A stretch of 60,098 nt of DNA, the filler included, from Sphacelaria rigidula (lineage: Eukaryota): assembly GCA_964200075.2 (NCBI GenBank). It is 7 parts of 7 records of this genome, joined end to end, with 100 filler letters (N's around TTAATTAATTAA, not from the genome) between each part and the next. Parts side by side here need not be neighbours in the genome. Positions count along the whole stretch, not along the records: positions 34,402 to 42,901 come from CAXNAA020010963.1; positions 43,002 to 51,500 come from CAXNAA020010964.1; 5 more parts are not named here. One strand, 5' to 3'. The notes beneath the pieces were generated by a model. The model made no database searches, had not been told where the DNA came from, and saw only the letters and a program-made list of their open reading frames with translations. This document shows positions 34,622 to 46,690 of this stretch, one piece after another (position 1 is the first letter of the stretch; each line of letters begins with the position of its first letter). The translations under genes were made by a program, and so were the position numbers.

Positions 34622-35215
34622 CGAGCTGGGCCAGCTCAAAAGCTGCTGAAACTTGCTCACACCACCGCTTCCCTAGTTTCCCGAATGAACCCGATGTAAG
34701 CATATCACTGTGAGGTGTAGACCAACCTGGTGACACACGGCACCGCCGCTGAATGAATTAAAAGAAAATGAAAAAAATGTACTGCATGATGTATGACCTT
34801 AACGACGGACGAACAAATAAGAGAATATGTCGGGATTCGAACTCATGACCTTCATAATTGGCGTCTCCCATCACTTGATTTATAGGCGTGCGGCAGCGTC
34901 ACGGAAAACGTTGAATGCAAGGTCTAATTCGACGAGTCTTGACCTGAAATTTAAGATAGACCTTCTGCACCAGAGGAACTGATACTTCACGTGTCCAGCA
35001 GCAGATTCTCCTTTTTTTCCTGGACTTGTGACATTATCTTGTTTTGGTTGAAATTTCAAATGCCCATAACTTTTTTATTTCTATTTTCCTGATCGCGTGA
35101 TCTTTTGCATTCCGATCATGAAAAGCTGCTGTCAAAATTTCGGCGTCCAACTCCTAATATCGCGCCGTGCGTCGCCTGAGCGAGATTCACACCTACTCTT
35201 GGCTGGCCCAGTTCG
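34622..35215. mobile_element. Tc1/mariner-type MITE (CGAGCTGGGCCAGC family)
   Basis: TA|CGAGCTGGGCCAGC ... GCTGGCCCAGTTCG|TA; colinear copy at 49284-49896. Confidence 0.85.
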
Positions 35216-37928
35216 TAGGCGTCGTGTGAGTTCTGGAGGGACATTTCCAATCTAAAACGGTTTCAGGCATTATTCGACCATAACCGGGAACCTGGGGCTC
35301 TCGATTTCCGCCGGTGGACAAACCTAGTGCGGTGAAATTCACATCAGATTCATCCCATGCCCAATAGCTTTCATCCAGCAGGCTCCTCGACTAGCTCGGC
35401 GAATTTTCCCCCGGAATACACTGGTGAAAAATGGAGGGCAAGTATCCGATTCTTGGAGGTGCCATCCTCAATCAAGTGCTGGACACTCAACCTGGCGAGA
35501 ACACTGTATCCACTGTAGTCGTTAAACATTGCAAGGGTAATGGCATCGCTGGCGTACGGTCTATCCTCGCCTGGCGCTTCTTCGAGGGCAGCGCACAGGT
35601 CGTGTGGACTCCTTGATTTCACGTAACATCCTGCGATATAGCCCGAACGACGTGTGGGGTTGGTTCAACCACGGAAATAATAAACGTGGTCGGCGAAGAT
35701 TCGTTCTTCGTCTAGCGAACAAGAAAATGACGTTCAAGATCGTACAAACCCTCCACATCCACCAACATGCTTCCACTTTTTCATGCACAATGGCGCATCG
35801 GATAGGCGGGTATGATTTCTCACGTCATCGTTGTGTTTTGAGGCAGGGTTGAACTATAAGCGCCGAATATCGCGGCAGCGTACCGGTATCTTGGAGAGTA
35901 GTTGCAAAAAGCCATTCAAAGGTGGTGTGATGTTATCTTCTGTCTTTCAACGCGAAAAACAGCGATGGAGGGTCGGGATGCGCGTCGCTTGTCCGATCGA
36001 AAACGGATTCAATGAGATGGGGGAAGACCTCTCGCTGGTAATGCACCAGTTGCGACATGAGAAGAGTAGCGCAGGAACCGTTGCCTTCCATGTAGCGGAG
36101 TTGGGAACCCCTCCTATTAGTATGGCGATTCCATATCACTTGTGACATCAGAGAGTCGGACAGCTCAAAACCCGCCAAAACGAGTGAGCAGCAGACATCA
36201 GGTTACACAGTACTACGTCATGAATCTTGGTGAAAAATACATGTACCGAACTTCTTCATCCTATGATTGTTTTCTTCTGTTGTGCATCTACTGCACTGCC
36301 GTCACGTCCCTCACGCCATGTACATGCAACCGCATGTCTTGCCGTCTAAGCTCCCGCGAGCTACTTTCACGAGTCGAATCCCTTGTTCTTCGGAACAATG
36401 CTGGGAATTCCAGATGGATCGAGCGTTGCCAGCAGAACTTGTCATGGCCACGGAAACTCCGTGCAACATCGCTGCTTGGGGAGAAAGTTCTCGGTTGCCA
36501 CGGGTGACAGATCTCACCTTCGTCTTCATCATCAGCTTACAGGTGTGTGCATGCGCAAAGATTACACAGATTTTGAACCAATTTCTGATGACGCCATTTT
36601 GTTGTAGCTTCTGCTACGAAATGAATTAAACAGGTTTCCCATCCGAGGAATACTTGCAAGCAACTTAGCTGTGCGAATGTTTTGCCCGCAGCCTGTCTAG
36701 AGCCAACTAGTTTCACAGATTTCTCCTCTAGTAGTTTTACAGCCTCTTCTGCGAAGCCCTCGAGTAGTCGTCCGTTGTCTTCAAGTACCTAGTTGCGTGA
36801 AACTCTCAGTTAGTCTCGCTTACCTGAAACTATTTTCACACGCTAGTTTCTCACGTGGTTTACCCAGCAGCAGTTCGAACTATTATACCAGTGACGGTGA
36901 AGTTTGATGTGATCTCATGAAAATGGAAATCCGAACTCTCTCCTCCACCGATTGCTGTTGGCCACGTAAACCCCGTCGGCACGGTAACGCAGAGACCCGC
37001 TCACCTCCTCTCGTGTCAACCCTGTCTTCATGCTCGTCACCGACTGCCTGTTTAGATCCGCTAGCAGCATCCATGATGACGCGAGGAGTTACCGCACTCG
37101 GAATTTCAACCTGGTAAGCGTTTGATGCGAGGAATCTGATGTACTCCTCGTAGGTGCACGCTCTGCTGGGATGCCTTCACCGCATGCACGTTACAGCAGA
37201 CGGCCAACAGGGTTGGTTGTCTGCACCAGGTCAGTACAACACGGAATGATGGAGATGTCACAGCGTATACGATGAAGTGCTGCACAAGCACAGACTTGGA
37301 ATACGGGGCATACCAGTCAATGGCGACAAACATTTGACGACTACGAAAGACGCTGGTTGCAAGCAGGAACGTACGTTGCCAACAATTGCTGACTGGTGGT
37401 AAGCTACAAAACCTGCGGTTACATCTAGACGGCCAGGAAATACCCATCTGGTTTTTTAGAACGTCATTTTCTATCACACGTGTTCGTCGTATCGTCATTA
37501 GATCATCTGCGCGCCGTATGCACGGATGCTTCATACCAAATTCGCGTCGCCGCTCAGCTGTTCGGCAACAACCGTGCAGGTGATGAAATATTCTACATGC
37601 ACGACCGCATATGTGCACAGCTGTTGGTGCGATCGCAACCATCACTCTCTTCGAAATTCGACTGTGGGTACCTGCATCTTACTTTGGTACCGCGGATTAT
37701 CGGATCAGCCTTCTCACACCTCGTGGATCTGCAGAAACGTTCGTCGTTACTCAAGTCATTCACGGGGTCAGCAGCACGAGTCAAATTTCCCCGAGAACTG
37801 AGGAGGATAGCATCTGCTGAGGATCGAACCCTTTATTTCGCCGTGCCCGGCTGTACCATGTACCAGAAAGATGGTACAGTTCATAATATCACCCGTTGTG
37901 AGGACACCTATCCATATCATGTGGGAGG

Positions 37929-37930
<2 letters not shown>

Positions 37931-37970
<40 letters not shown>

Positions 37971-38060
37971 TCCGCACATTAGTCCGATCTCGCGAACCCG
38001 TGGTAGGGTAATCCGCTCTTATCGGAGTTATGATTACGATTAGCAGCACCGTAGGACGCT
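37931..38060 (-). mobile_element. 3' end of a non-LTR element with (TAA)n tail
   Basis: (TTA)n followed by the reverse complement of ACCACG.GTTCG.GAGATCGG..TAATGTG, shared with 38240-38342 and 44225-44345. Confidence 0.6.
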
Positions 38061-38239
38061 GTTTCGTTCACATTTTTTATCGTTTCTGGGCAGAACCCTC
38101 GTGCTACACCGGCAACCGAACAGGGCTTTCAGTAACTTGTGGATAGGAATAGGACCGCGTCAGTGATTCCAATCGGTCTTACACGGATCTTTCGTGGTTC
38201 AAGTGCCGTTTTTGGTGTAGATGTTTTGCCTCTCGCCTT

Positions 38240-38342
38240 CTTCTGCGGGCTGTTGGAGGTATCGGGTGTGGTTGGTATGTATCTTGCACTGTGACCACAG
38301 TTCCTAGAGATCGAGTACACGTGACGAAAATAATAATAATAA
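38240..38342 (+). mobile_element. 3' end of a non-LTR element with (TAA)n tail
   Basis: GGTATG...CTTGCACT...GTGACCAC.GTTC..GAGATCG...GTGACGAA followed by (TAA)n. Confidence 0.6.
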
Positions 38343-38484
38343 CGATATATACAAGTACTGAGCAATTTCCATCATCTTGCCATCATCTTGGTCTTCAAAA
38401 ACTGTATCTCGACTCCTCAGAACCTCTTTTGATCAGTTCGAGAAGTTATCAACCTTGTAGGTGAGTGAGACTTTGTAGTGCGCC

Positions 38485-38733
38485 AACGTCCCACTGAACA
38501 TGTGCTTTATCGATCTGCAGGAAGCCTTCGATTTCGTAGACCGCACGCTTCCGTGGGAAGTGCTTGCTTGGTTTCGAGTCCCATCGCGAATGGTCACGAT
38601 CATCCTTGTGTTTCACGGCGGCATGCCAGCTTGGGTGCAGCTAAATAGTGGCGAGCCATCAGCGTGGTTCCTCGTCTGCCAGGGACTCAGACAAGGTTGC
38701 GTTTTGTCCCCGCTGTTGTTCAATATGTTATTT
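38485..38733 (+). pseudogene. LINE reverse transcriptase fragment (RTE-like)
   Basis: CFIDLQEAFDFVDR...W..L...VPSRMV...FHGGM...GLRQGCVLSPLLFN matches non-LTR RT motifs (FIDLxKAFDSV; GxRQGCxLSPxLF); truncated and decayed. Confidence 0.9.
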
Positions 38734-38773
38734 CGCACCAAACAATCACCCAAACCTCCCATGCTCTCATGAG

Positions 38774-40520
38774 CACTGGCCTAGAAAAGGTGTACCTTCT
38801 CGTACTCCCCCCAAGAAAGGTACGGAAAGTGACCAGAAACGCAACAACAGCAAAACACACAATCTAGACTGGTTCCGCTCCGAATTCTTCACGCACACCA
38901 ATCGGGGGGCTCCTCGGTACCCGGAGATCGAAAACAAAACATGTTACTCGCGAGATACGGCCATGCGCAAAAGGATGTCTCGCCTGCAGAAACCACCTCC
39001 CCTTTTTAGGCCAAATTTTCGCCAGGTGTACCTGATCCAGGAAAAAAAAACAATCGTATCTTATCTGGGCTACCGGTCAGCCCAAAGAGTACCTATCCTA
39101 GGCCATCCTCTCCCACAATGTACCTCATACGGAACACTGCGGGCAAGGGAAGCTACGAGCCAACTCCAACCATGGCGCCCACACATTCGGCACTTTGCCC
39201 GCTCATTCGCCGTTCACGGACACCACAGCGACCGCACCCTTTTCTCTCCGGAAACGGTTCCCGAGTTTCTCCGCATCGACACAAGAACCGGGCTCATACC
39301 TCGTAACGCCTCGGACTTTTGTTCTTGAGGAGTGCTATGTAACATCGAGCTGTTATGATCTGGGATTGGAATGAGCGTCAACCTAGCCTCTTCCGTGACC
39401 AGGATCGGTCATCACATTATCGATGTTTGGTTCCAGGAACGGAAAATAAGTGATTTTTCGTGACAACCTCGAACGGGAACATGGGACGTCCCGTTGACAG
39501 GGGCATAACCGAAGGCTTGACGGACAAGTCAACACAACCAAACGTGAACCCGACGATCACATTGCCCTCGCAAGCCAAAACACACAACCTGATCTATTTC
39601 TGCTCATCAGCTGCCCATGCTGTGAGTAAGCTCGCTAAAATTGGTTCAGTATTCAGTGACGTATGATATTTCGCGTGAGATACCCGCACAGCACACTCTC
39701 GCAATCAGTAACGGCACGTTTTCGGTTGCAAGTTGAGCTGATGCACGTGGATGATGGGAGTCCATGTCTAGGTTTTCGTGGTTGGGTGTGAAAGCGCTGT
39801 GTTGACTTGTTGCGTCTTGTCTGCGGCAGTACAGAGACATCGGACGAACGGCCACTCCCGTTGTGCGTCCTTCTATCGGGCGCATATTGTCCGCCAGGGC
39901 GAACCGCTTTTCCCGTTCTGTCATCCTTTAGGTACGCGTCACGGTTCTTATCCGTTCTTGAAACCAAACATCGATGGTGTGATCATCGTTCCTAGTCACA
40001 CAAGAGCCTACGTTGACGCTCACTCCAATCCCAGATCACAACGGACCGATGTTTCATGGCACTCCGTAAGCACAAGAGACCGATGCGTTCCGAGTAATGA
40101 GTCCGGTTCTTGCGTCGATGCGGAGCAACTCGGGAACTATTTCCGAGGAGAATGGGTGTGGTCGTTGGGGTGTCCATGAACGGCAAATGAGCGGGAAAAG
40201 AGCCGAATGTGTGGGCGCCATGGTTGGAGTTGGCGCGTAGCTTCCCCTCCCCGCAGTGTTCCGCATCACGTACAGTGTGGGAGGCAATGGCCCAAGGTGG
40301 TTACTCTTTGGGCTGACCAGTGGCGCAGACAAGGTACGATCGAAACCGAATTCCTGGATCAGGAATACGTGGCAAAATTTTGGCATAGAAAGGGGAAGTG
40401 ATTTCTGTAGGCGAGACGTCCTTCTGCGCATGGCCGTAACTCGCGAGTGATATGATCTTTTCTTCTGTTTTCTTTCATGTCCGTGTGCCAAAGAGCCCCC
40501 CAGTTGATGTGCGTAAAACC
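38774..40520. mobile_element. CACTG-terminated foldback element with ~560-bp inverted arms
   Basis: Left end CACTGGCCTAGAAAAGG; arms at about 38885-39447 and 39949-40518; right terminus missing. Confidence 0.8.
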
Positions 40521-41647
40521 TGACCAAGAGTAGAAGATAAAAACAGGAAAGGCCGACGGCATCCATTTCTACTATGGAAGACCAAAGAAGAATCCAGAAG
40601 CACACGTGCAGGCGAAATGTCCCCCCTGGAGAGGGCGGCTGAGGAATGTTCAATCATACCACGCAACGGATGAAGTGTGTCCATTTGTATCCATCGGCAA
40701 CCAGAAGAAGCAACACCATGAAACTTTTCATCCAAAAAATAGCAATAGATTCCAGGCTCCGATCGGGCACATCGGTACGTAAGCATTTGTATATAACCGA
40801 GGCACGTTTGACGGGCTCCACCATCAGGTGGCGAATGTGTCAAGCCACGTCATACACACACCACATCATGGCTGAGGACACCAAAATCTCGCCAACAAAT
40901 GTGAAAGGGTTGGGCAGCAACCCGAACGCGCTTCACACTCAGCTTATTCAAGGTGGTGGAGAAGCACGGTGCGGCGGCCGCTAGGCGTTTCGCGGAGGAA
41001 GCGGTCACGGCGTCTTGCACCACCACTTGGGTGGCATGTTGGAAAATCATTACAATGCACCTTTGCCTGGTGTTGGGAGGTGCTGCGTACTGTACTACTA
41101 CTGTAAATTGACTGCCTGCATAGAATCACTGTACCTTACCATACGGCAATGTACTGTTGTAGGGTTCTGCATTGCGTTGTCTGTACCACACTGTCAGTGC
41201 TCTACACAGCACTACAGCACTAGTCCCTGTACTGCACCTCGCCGCAGCAAGAGGAAAGGAAACCTTCCTCTTTTCCACTCTTCACTCGCACAGGTCTGAA
41301 AATACGCGTTGGGCGAATATTTTGGCGTCTGGGGCTCCTTATTATCGACACTGTTTTCTCGGATACCCCTGAGATTTTAGGCGTTTTCAGACGCGGCGTT
41401 CAGCGTTTTCCGAAATGAAGCGGCTTGATTCTTCTCGGAAGCTTCACGGCAGGAGAAGCCTCAAAACCTCAGACTGCAGCGCAACACTCCCTACAGCTGC
41501 CCTGTGAGCACGCCGTGGGGCTTGCGAGTGTGCGAGAGTAATCACGAACCTTGCTAGTGACACCCTGGGTCATGCCGTGAAAGAAAAAACATCGTGAGTT
41601 GGTGGTGTCCGTGTTCTAGACAATGTGCGCGTCGGCAGCGGTGGTGG

Positions 41648-42080
41648 AGCTAACAGCCGATCATCGAAATTGAGGATGACAACACGGGGGATTGAAATCT
41701 TCGTATCCCCGCCAAATCTTCGAAACATGGTTCCATTCCTTCACGTACTGGTCGCTATTGAAAACTGCTACACACCCTACAAATTTGGATCTCGATAACC
41801 GAAATGTTGGGGTTCTATATGAAGAAACATTTTAGGGGAAGTTAAGTAATCCGATCGGATCGCCGAAATTCCCCAAAATTGGTTTTTCACCTGGGACCCC
41901 AACACTTCGGTTATCGAAATCCAAATTATTACGACATGTAGTACTTGTCAATAGCTACCAATAGGTCATGGAATGAAACCATATGTAGAACATTTGGTGT
42001 GGATACGAAGATTTATATCCTTCGGGCTCTCATCCTCACTGAAAAGCTTCATCCTCAATGTCGATGATCAGCTGTCAGCT
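41648..42080. mobile_element. Foldback MITE-like palindrome (~430 bp)
   Basis: AGCTAACAGCCGATCATCGAAATTGAGGATGA / TCATCCTCAATGTCGATGATCAGCTGTCAGCT, with complementarity continuing inward (AATCTTCGTATCC; TCGATAACCGAA..TGTTGGGGT). No TSD seen. Confidence 0.65.
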
Positions 42081-42901
42081 GTTGGGGTCAAACACGGTGG
42101 TCGTCGCTCGCGGACATACGCACTTTCGAAATGAAGAGCAGAAACAATCCAGTAGCTACCTGCTCGCCTGCTTTACTGCTACGAGTGTATGCTACCGCAG
42201 TCTGTTGAGTGTATAGCTGGTAGTTTAGTTGGAGTATGCGTGCACAGAACTGACTGAACGCAAGCACGCTGCAATCTTTGCACGTGAGCTTTTTACAGTC
42301 GGTAATTTGTTTCATGTATGCTGCTGCAGCATTCCGAGAGAGCCGGTCGATCACGCCCGCGCCTTTCCGACTGCCCCCCCCGTGTCACAGAGAGGTTGCG
42401 AAAAATATGTTTTACCGTACTTATGAACGCCTTACACGGGCAGGCTGCATCATCCTGTCCTTCATTCAACGGGAGGTTGCTACGAAACGACGAGATCCAC
42501 ACCATCTGTAGTGAGATATGTAACAGCAACAGTAGATCTCTACGATAATGAGCCATTGGGAGTACTCCGACCTTGTAGGTCGTAATTTCAACCATCGTCA
42601 TTCATTTTGAAGATGGTTGAAATCGCGACCGATCAGAACGGTACTTTGGTTTTCCACCGCACGTCTCCGATTAAAAAAAAAAAACATGTTTGAAGACAAG
42701 GCTTAAATTTGGAAACTTTTCAGAAATGTCTTCGATAATAATGGGCCCACAGCTGTGAATCAACCATATACTGTTGAACAACCGTCAATTGTAAAAGAAT
42801 CGATGATCCATTGTGAGTTTCAAGAGGGTGAACCCTTTGGGAACCCTCCCCTCCCGTCCCCGGGCCAGACGCCTCATTATGAGAAGCCCCGACAAAGAAG
42901 A

Positions 42902-43001
42902 NNNNNNNNNNNNNNNNNNNNNNNNNNNNNNNNNNNNNNNNNNNNTTAATTAATTAANNNNNNNNNNNNNNNNNNNNNNNNNNNNNNNNNNNNNNNNNNN
43001 N
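42902..43001. other. Artificial contig linker
   Basis: N44-TTAATTAATTAA-N44. Confidence 0.99.
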
Positions 43002-43465
43002 GGTAGATTTTGGTACAACAAAACAGATCATCTTCGAAACACAGTGCCCAAGTCAATGTTAGTTTGTGTTATCGGGCGAAACGAGTAAATACCCCGTTTA
43101 CCACGAGAGTGTTATTGACCATGAAACACAGTTTTTCGGTCCTAGTGCGCTGAGTAGGCAGAATTTGAAAGAAATAAAACTGTACATTTATTTACAAATA
43201 TGATCGGGACGGGCTCGATCGACCGAAAATACAGAAGAGTGAGAATCTGGGCTGAAACGTGGCAGGATCCCCGATGACCTGTCAGCCCGTAAGTCACTCA
43301 ATATTGAATACAGCTTTTTTTTCTTGTTGGAATGTGGAGCGGATACAAATATCTTCAGATCCCCGATGTGATAAGCGGTGGCAAGCGAAAAGAGCCCGAG
43401 AAAATCTCCCATCGCGGGAAAATCACAGAATGCCCCAAAGTGAATAGTTAGACCGCCCACTACTG
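43002..43465. mobile_element. Tc1/mariner-type MITE (CAGTAGTGGGCG family), cut by contig start
   Basis: Ends GACCGCCCACTACTG|TA; body matches 12430-12890. Confidence 0.9.
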
Positions 43466-44224
43466 TATGCTCTCGAACTTGTCATTCAAACTGCCAGTCT
43501 GATCGATTGCAGGTCTGAAAATTGTTTTTATGAAAGCACACGACACAAGACATAAATACGTACAATGTACTATACAATCTGTAGTCTGTAGTACACGGTG
43601 TACAGCGCCCAGCACGCAGCACAGCAGAACAGCAGCAGATCTTGGCTTCCCATTCTATTTCGTGTGTTGTGGCTATGTACTTTCTCTGGCTACTTAATTA
43701 TTCTCGTCTACCCAGTATATTCACCAATTTCTACCCCTTGGGGTATTTCCTTTCTTTCACCTTGTTTCCTAGGTTGTACCCATCTTGCGACCTCGGCTGG
43801 ATTCGAAGCGACATCGGTTCATGGGAGACAATCAATCTAACAATCATTCATCAATAAAATGTCAGTTCTTCGTTTGTCGTCGTCTTTGAACACGAGTTCC
43901 TCGACATGGGACAGGCGACGAGTGAACACATCATGTGATTTCGTGACTTGTCATTTTAAGTGTGGTGACAAGATGAGTACAACGTACACTCATTGTGCCG
44001 GACTGTGATGGATATTCGAATCAGCACGTTGCCTGCCATATATCTTGTCTATACGGCAGTTGGGGGGCGGCATACAGCACAAGATGCACGTAAATATACA
44101 ATGATGCACTGTGTACGACAACAGGAAAATACGGTATTCAATCGTACTAAATGCGGGTAGGTAGTACTTCGTATATATAAAACATGCATATAAAGTAGTA
44201 TGCCCCTTGTCGTGTGAATGTTTT

Positions 44225-44345
44225 GTTTGCCTTCCTCTGGGGGCTGCTTGATTTATGGGTATGGTCGGTATGCTCCTTGCACTCTTGTGACCACGAGTTC
44301 GAGAGATCGGGTTAATGTGACGAACATAATAATAGTAGTAATAAG
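44225..44345 (+). mobile_element. 3' end of a non-LTR element with (TAA)n tail
   Basis: Homologous to 38240-38342. Confidence 0.6.
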
Positions 44346-44562
44346 TAGTGATCGATGGGTCTCTATCCGGTAGAAAATGGCATCCCTGTTGGATATTACG
44401 AGAATAATCGACCACAAATTCAACGTTGCGAGCATAAATCGAGCATATGTTTTTTGAAAACGCGAGTATAAATCGAGCATAAATTCCACTTTGCGAGCAT
44501 AACTTTTGGTGAGAATACTAGCATAAAAGAATGACCTTACTAGCACAATAAGTAGAAGCCTA

Positions 44563-44985
44563 ACGGAAACATCAAAAGTTGAAGCGGACCGAAACATTGA
44601 CCGGACCGGAACATCACATGAATTGAAGCGAACCAACATGAAGACCGAAGCGAACCAACATCATGAACTGAAGCGAACCGAAACGTGGGCCAAACCGAAA
44701 CATCAAAACTTGAAGCGGGCCGAATGTTCGACATCATGAATTGAAGCGAACCAACATGAAGACCGAAGCGAACCAACATCATGAACTGAAGCGAACCGAA
44801 ACGTGGGCTAAACCGAAACATCAAAACTTGAAGCGGGCTGAATGTTCGACATCATGAAGTGAAGCGAACCGAAGTATGGACAGAACCGGAACAACATTAT
44901 GACTGGGGGTCGAAACATGGGCCGAATCGAAAAACATCATGAATTGAGGCGAACTGAGGTATACAGTAGAGTGAACCGGAGCATT
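44563..44985 (+). repeat. Hierarchical tandem repeat (GAAGCGAACC monomers, ~118-bp higher-order unit)
   Basis: ACATCATGAA(T/C)TGAAGCGAACC...AAACCGAAACATCAAAACTTGAAGCGGGC repeated almost exactly. Confidence 0.85.
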
Positions 44986-46169
44986 ATGAGGCAGGGTTGC
45001 ACATCGGCTATCGATAATCGATGCGATTTCGATAAATATCGGCGATATGCCATATCAGTATCGGAGAGTAGGAAACCGATATATGTGATATGTATCACTA
45101 TCGAATATCGATACGCTCGATATTTGGCCCCTTTTTCGTCACATTGGCCCAATTTCTCGAAACCGTCGTGACAGGAATTGTAGGGGGGTAGTATTTCCCG
45201 AACGGCAGACCCCCAATTGTGGAGCGCTTGCGAGTATAGCTGTAGAGCGGTTGCACGGTGTGCAAACGGATGCAGTATCTATTCGTAGATATGTACGTCA
45301 GTCTGCAATCTTAGAACCAAGGGTTGCCATTCAGATCATGTATGATGGGGAAGACTACCGAATCTGCAGACTCGAATCTGTGCAAAATCGGGGTGCCTCA
45401 TATCTGCGAAAGCCACATCTGTAGGGGCCTCATCATGGTTTCACAGGGGTGTTGAAATACTTCTGTACACGTTGGGTAATTTTCTGCGGGCGTGTGGTAT
45501 CGCAGAATAGTAAAGCTGAAGGACAGGCAGATAAGCTTTTGCGTTCTATGCGCGGATGTAATGCGCATAAATTATGGGTTCTTGTTTTTCGGTCTTCAAT
45601 ACTAAAACCAAGTGAATGTAACGCCTCGGCGGGGTTTCCGCTTCAAAATGATCCCTTTTGACCGAGGCGCATAGTTTTTTTGAAAAAAACGCAAAAAAAG
45701 CAAATGCCTACGTTACAGGCAGGCAGTGAATCATCCTTCACGAACAGCGCCGTCCCGCGTTATCCTAGGATATAATACGGTGTAGCACACTCCACCATCG
45801 CAGTACACGATAACGCCGTGTGGCGATACAGGGCAGTAGGGTTAGTACTGCGAGAAAAGTGCATGAGAGCAGTGCAGTACGAGTGCAGTGCCGTACATGA
45901 TCCCAAAAGCACAGCAACAACAGGGAGTAGGGTAGTACATATACAGCACGATTCGGCACGGTGATACATACGGCAATGCAGGGCATTAGCGTCAATACTA
46001 CTTCTTATCCGCTCGCCAGACTCCGTGCGCGATACCTGTGCTTCGAAGCTGCTCCAGCAGCAGTCGCGGGTGGGTACGGCATGTGAACCGCGGCGGGATT
46101 ATGATTCGTGGACCGATCAACCAATGTGCGACAACCAACCAACCAACCAATAATTGGATCATGGCTCAC

Positions 46170-46324
46170 GTTGGCTGTTGACGAGCTCTACCTCCAGCCT
46201 TGGGAGGCGCTCTCATCTTGTGCCCGATGTACGACAACGCCTGGCTTGTCGTGTACACTCCCACCGACTGAGCCTCCTCCAGGCTGGCCATAAACGCACT
46301 GACGATCTCTGGTTCCGATCCCAC
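46170..46324 (-). CDS. RPC2: RNA polymerase III second-largest subunit, internal exon
   Basis: VGSEPEIVSAFMASLEEAQSVGVYTTSQALSYIGHKMRAPPKAGGRARQQP matches the POLR3B/RET1 segment SLEE...QAL.YIG.K.R; AAG| acceptor and AC|GTGAGC donor; in phase with the 47831-47960 exon. Confidence 0.92.
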
Positions 46325-46434
46325 CTTGGGGGCACAGTAGCACACACGATGATAGCAGGACTTTCTATTTCTCTCATGCCTCTTGTACGCCATACCTTCG
46401 ATTTCAACCCCTACCCATCTTCCTCGGGAACGGT

Positions 46435-46690
46435 GTGCCCCCCGCATGAAAGGGATGCGTGGCCAAATGTCTGGGGCAAGCAACAAATGAATATCCCCCC
46501 GCTCGGATGCTCCGTCTCGAAAGGGATGCGTGGTCAATGGTCACACGACTAGGGCAAGCAACAAATGAGTACGTTCCCCCCCGCCCGAGCCTGGTCCGGC
46601 GAGAACCCGGCGTGCCCCGTCCCGGCTTTGTAGGTATGCGAGGCCAATGATCTTGTGAATACGGCATGCATGATCATGACTACACCCCCC
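46435..46690 (-). mobile_element. Repeat family A end with tandem terminal subunits, in RPC2 intron
   Basis: GGGATGCGTGG.CAA...ATGA.TA.CCCCC subunit occurs about 3 times, plus once more at 46838-46900. Confidence 0.65.

Noticed and set aside
38648-39328. 226-aa ORF and its inverted counterpart at 40054-40653
   Set aside because: They span TE arms; the peptide similarity just reflects the inverted repeat, and there is no transposase motif.
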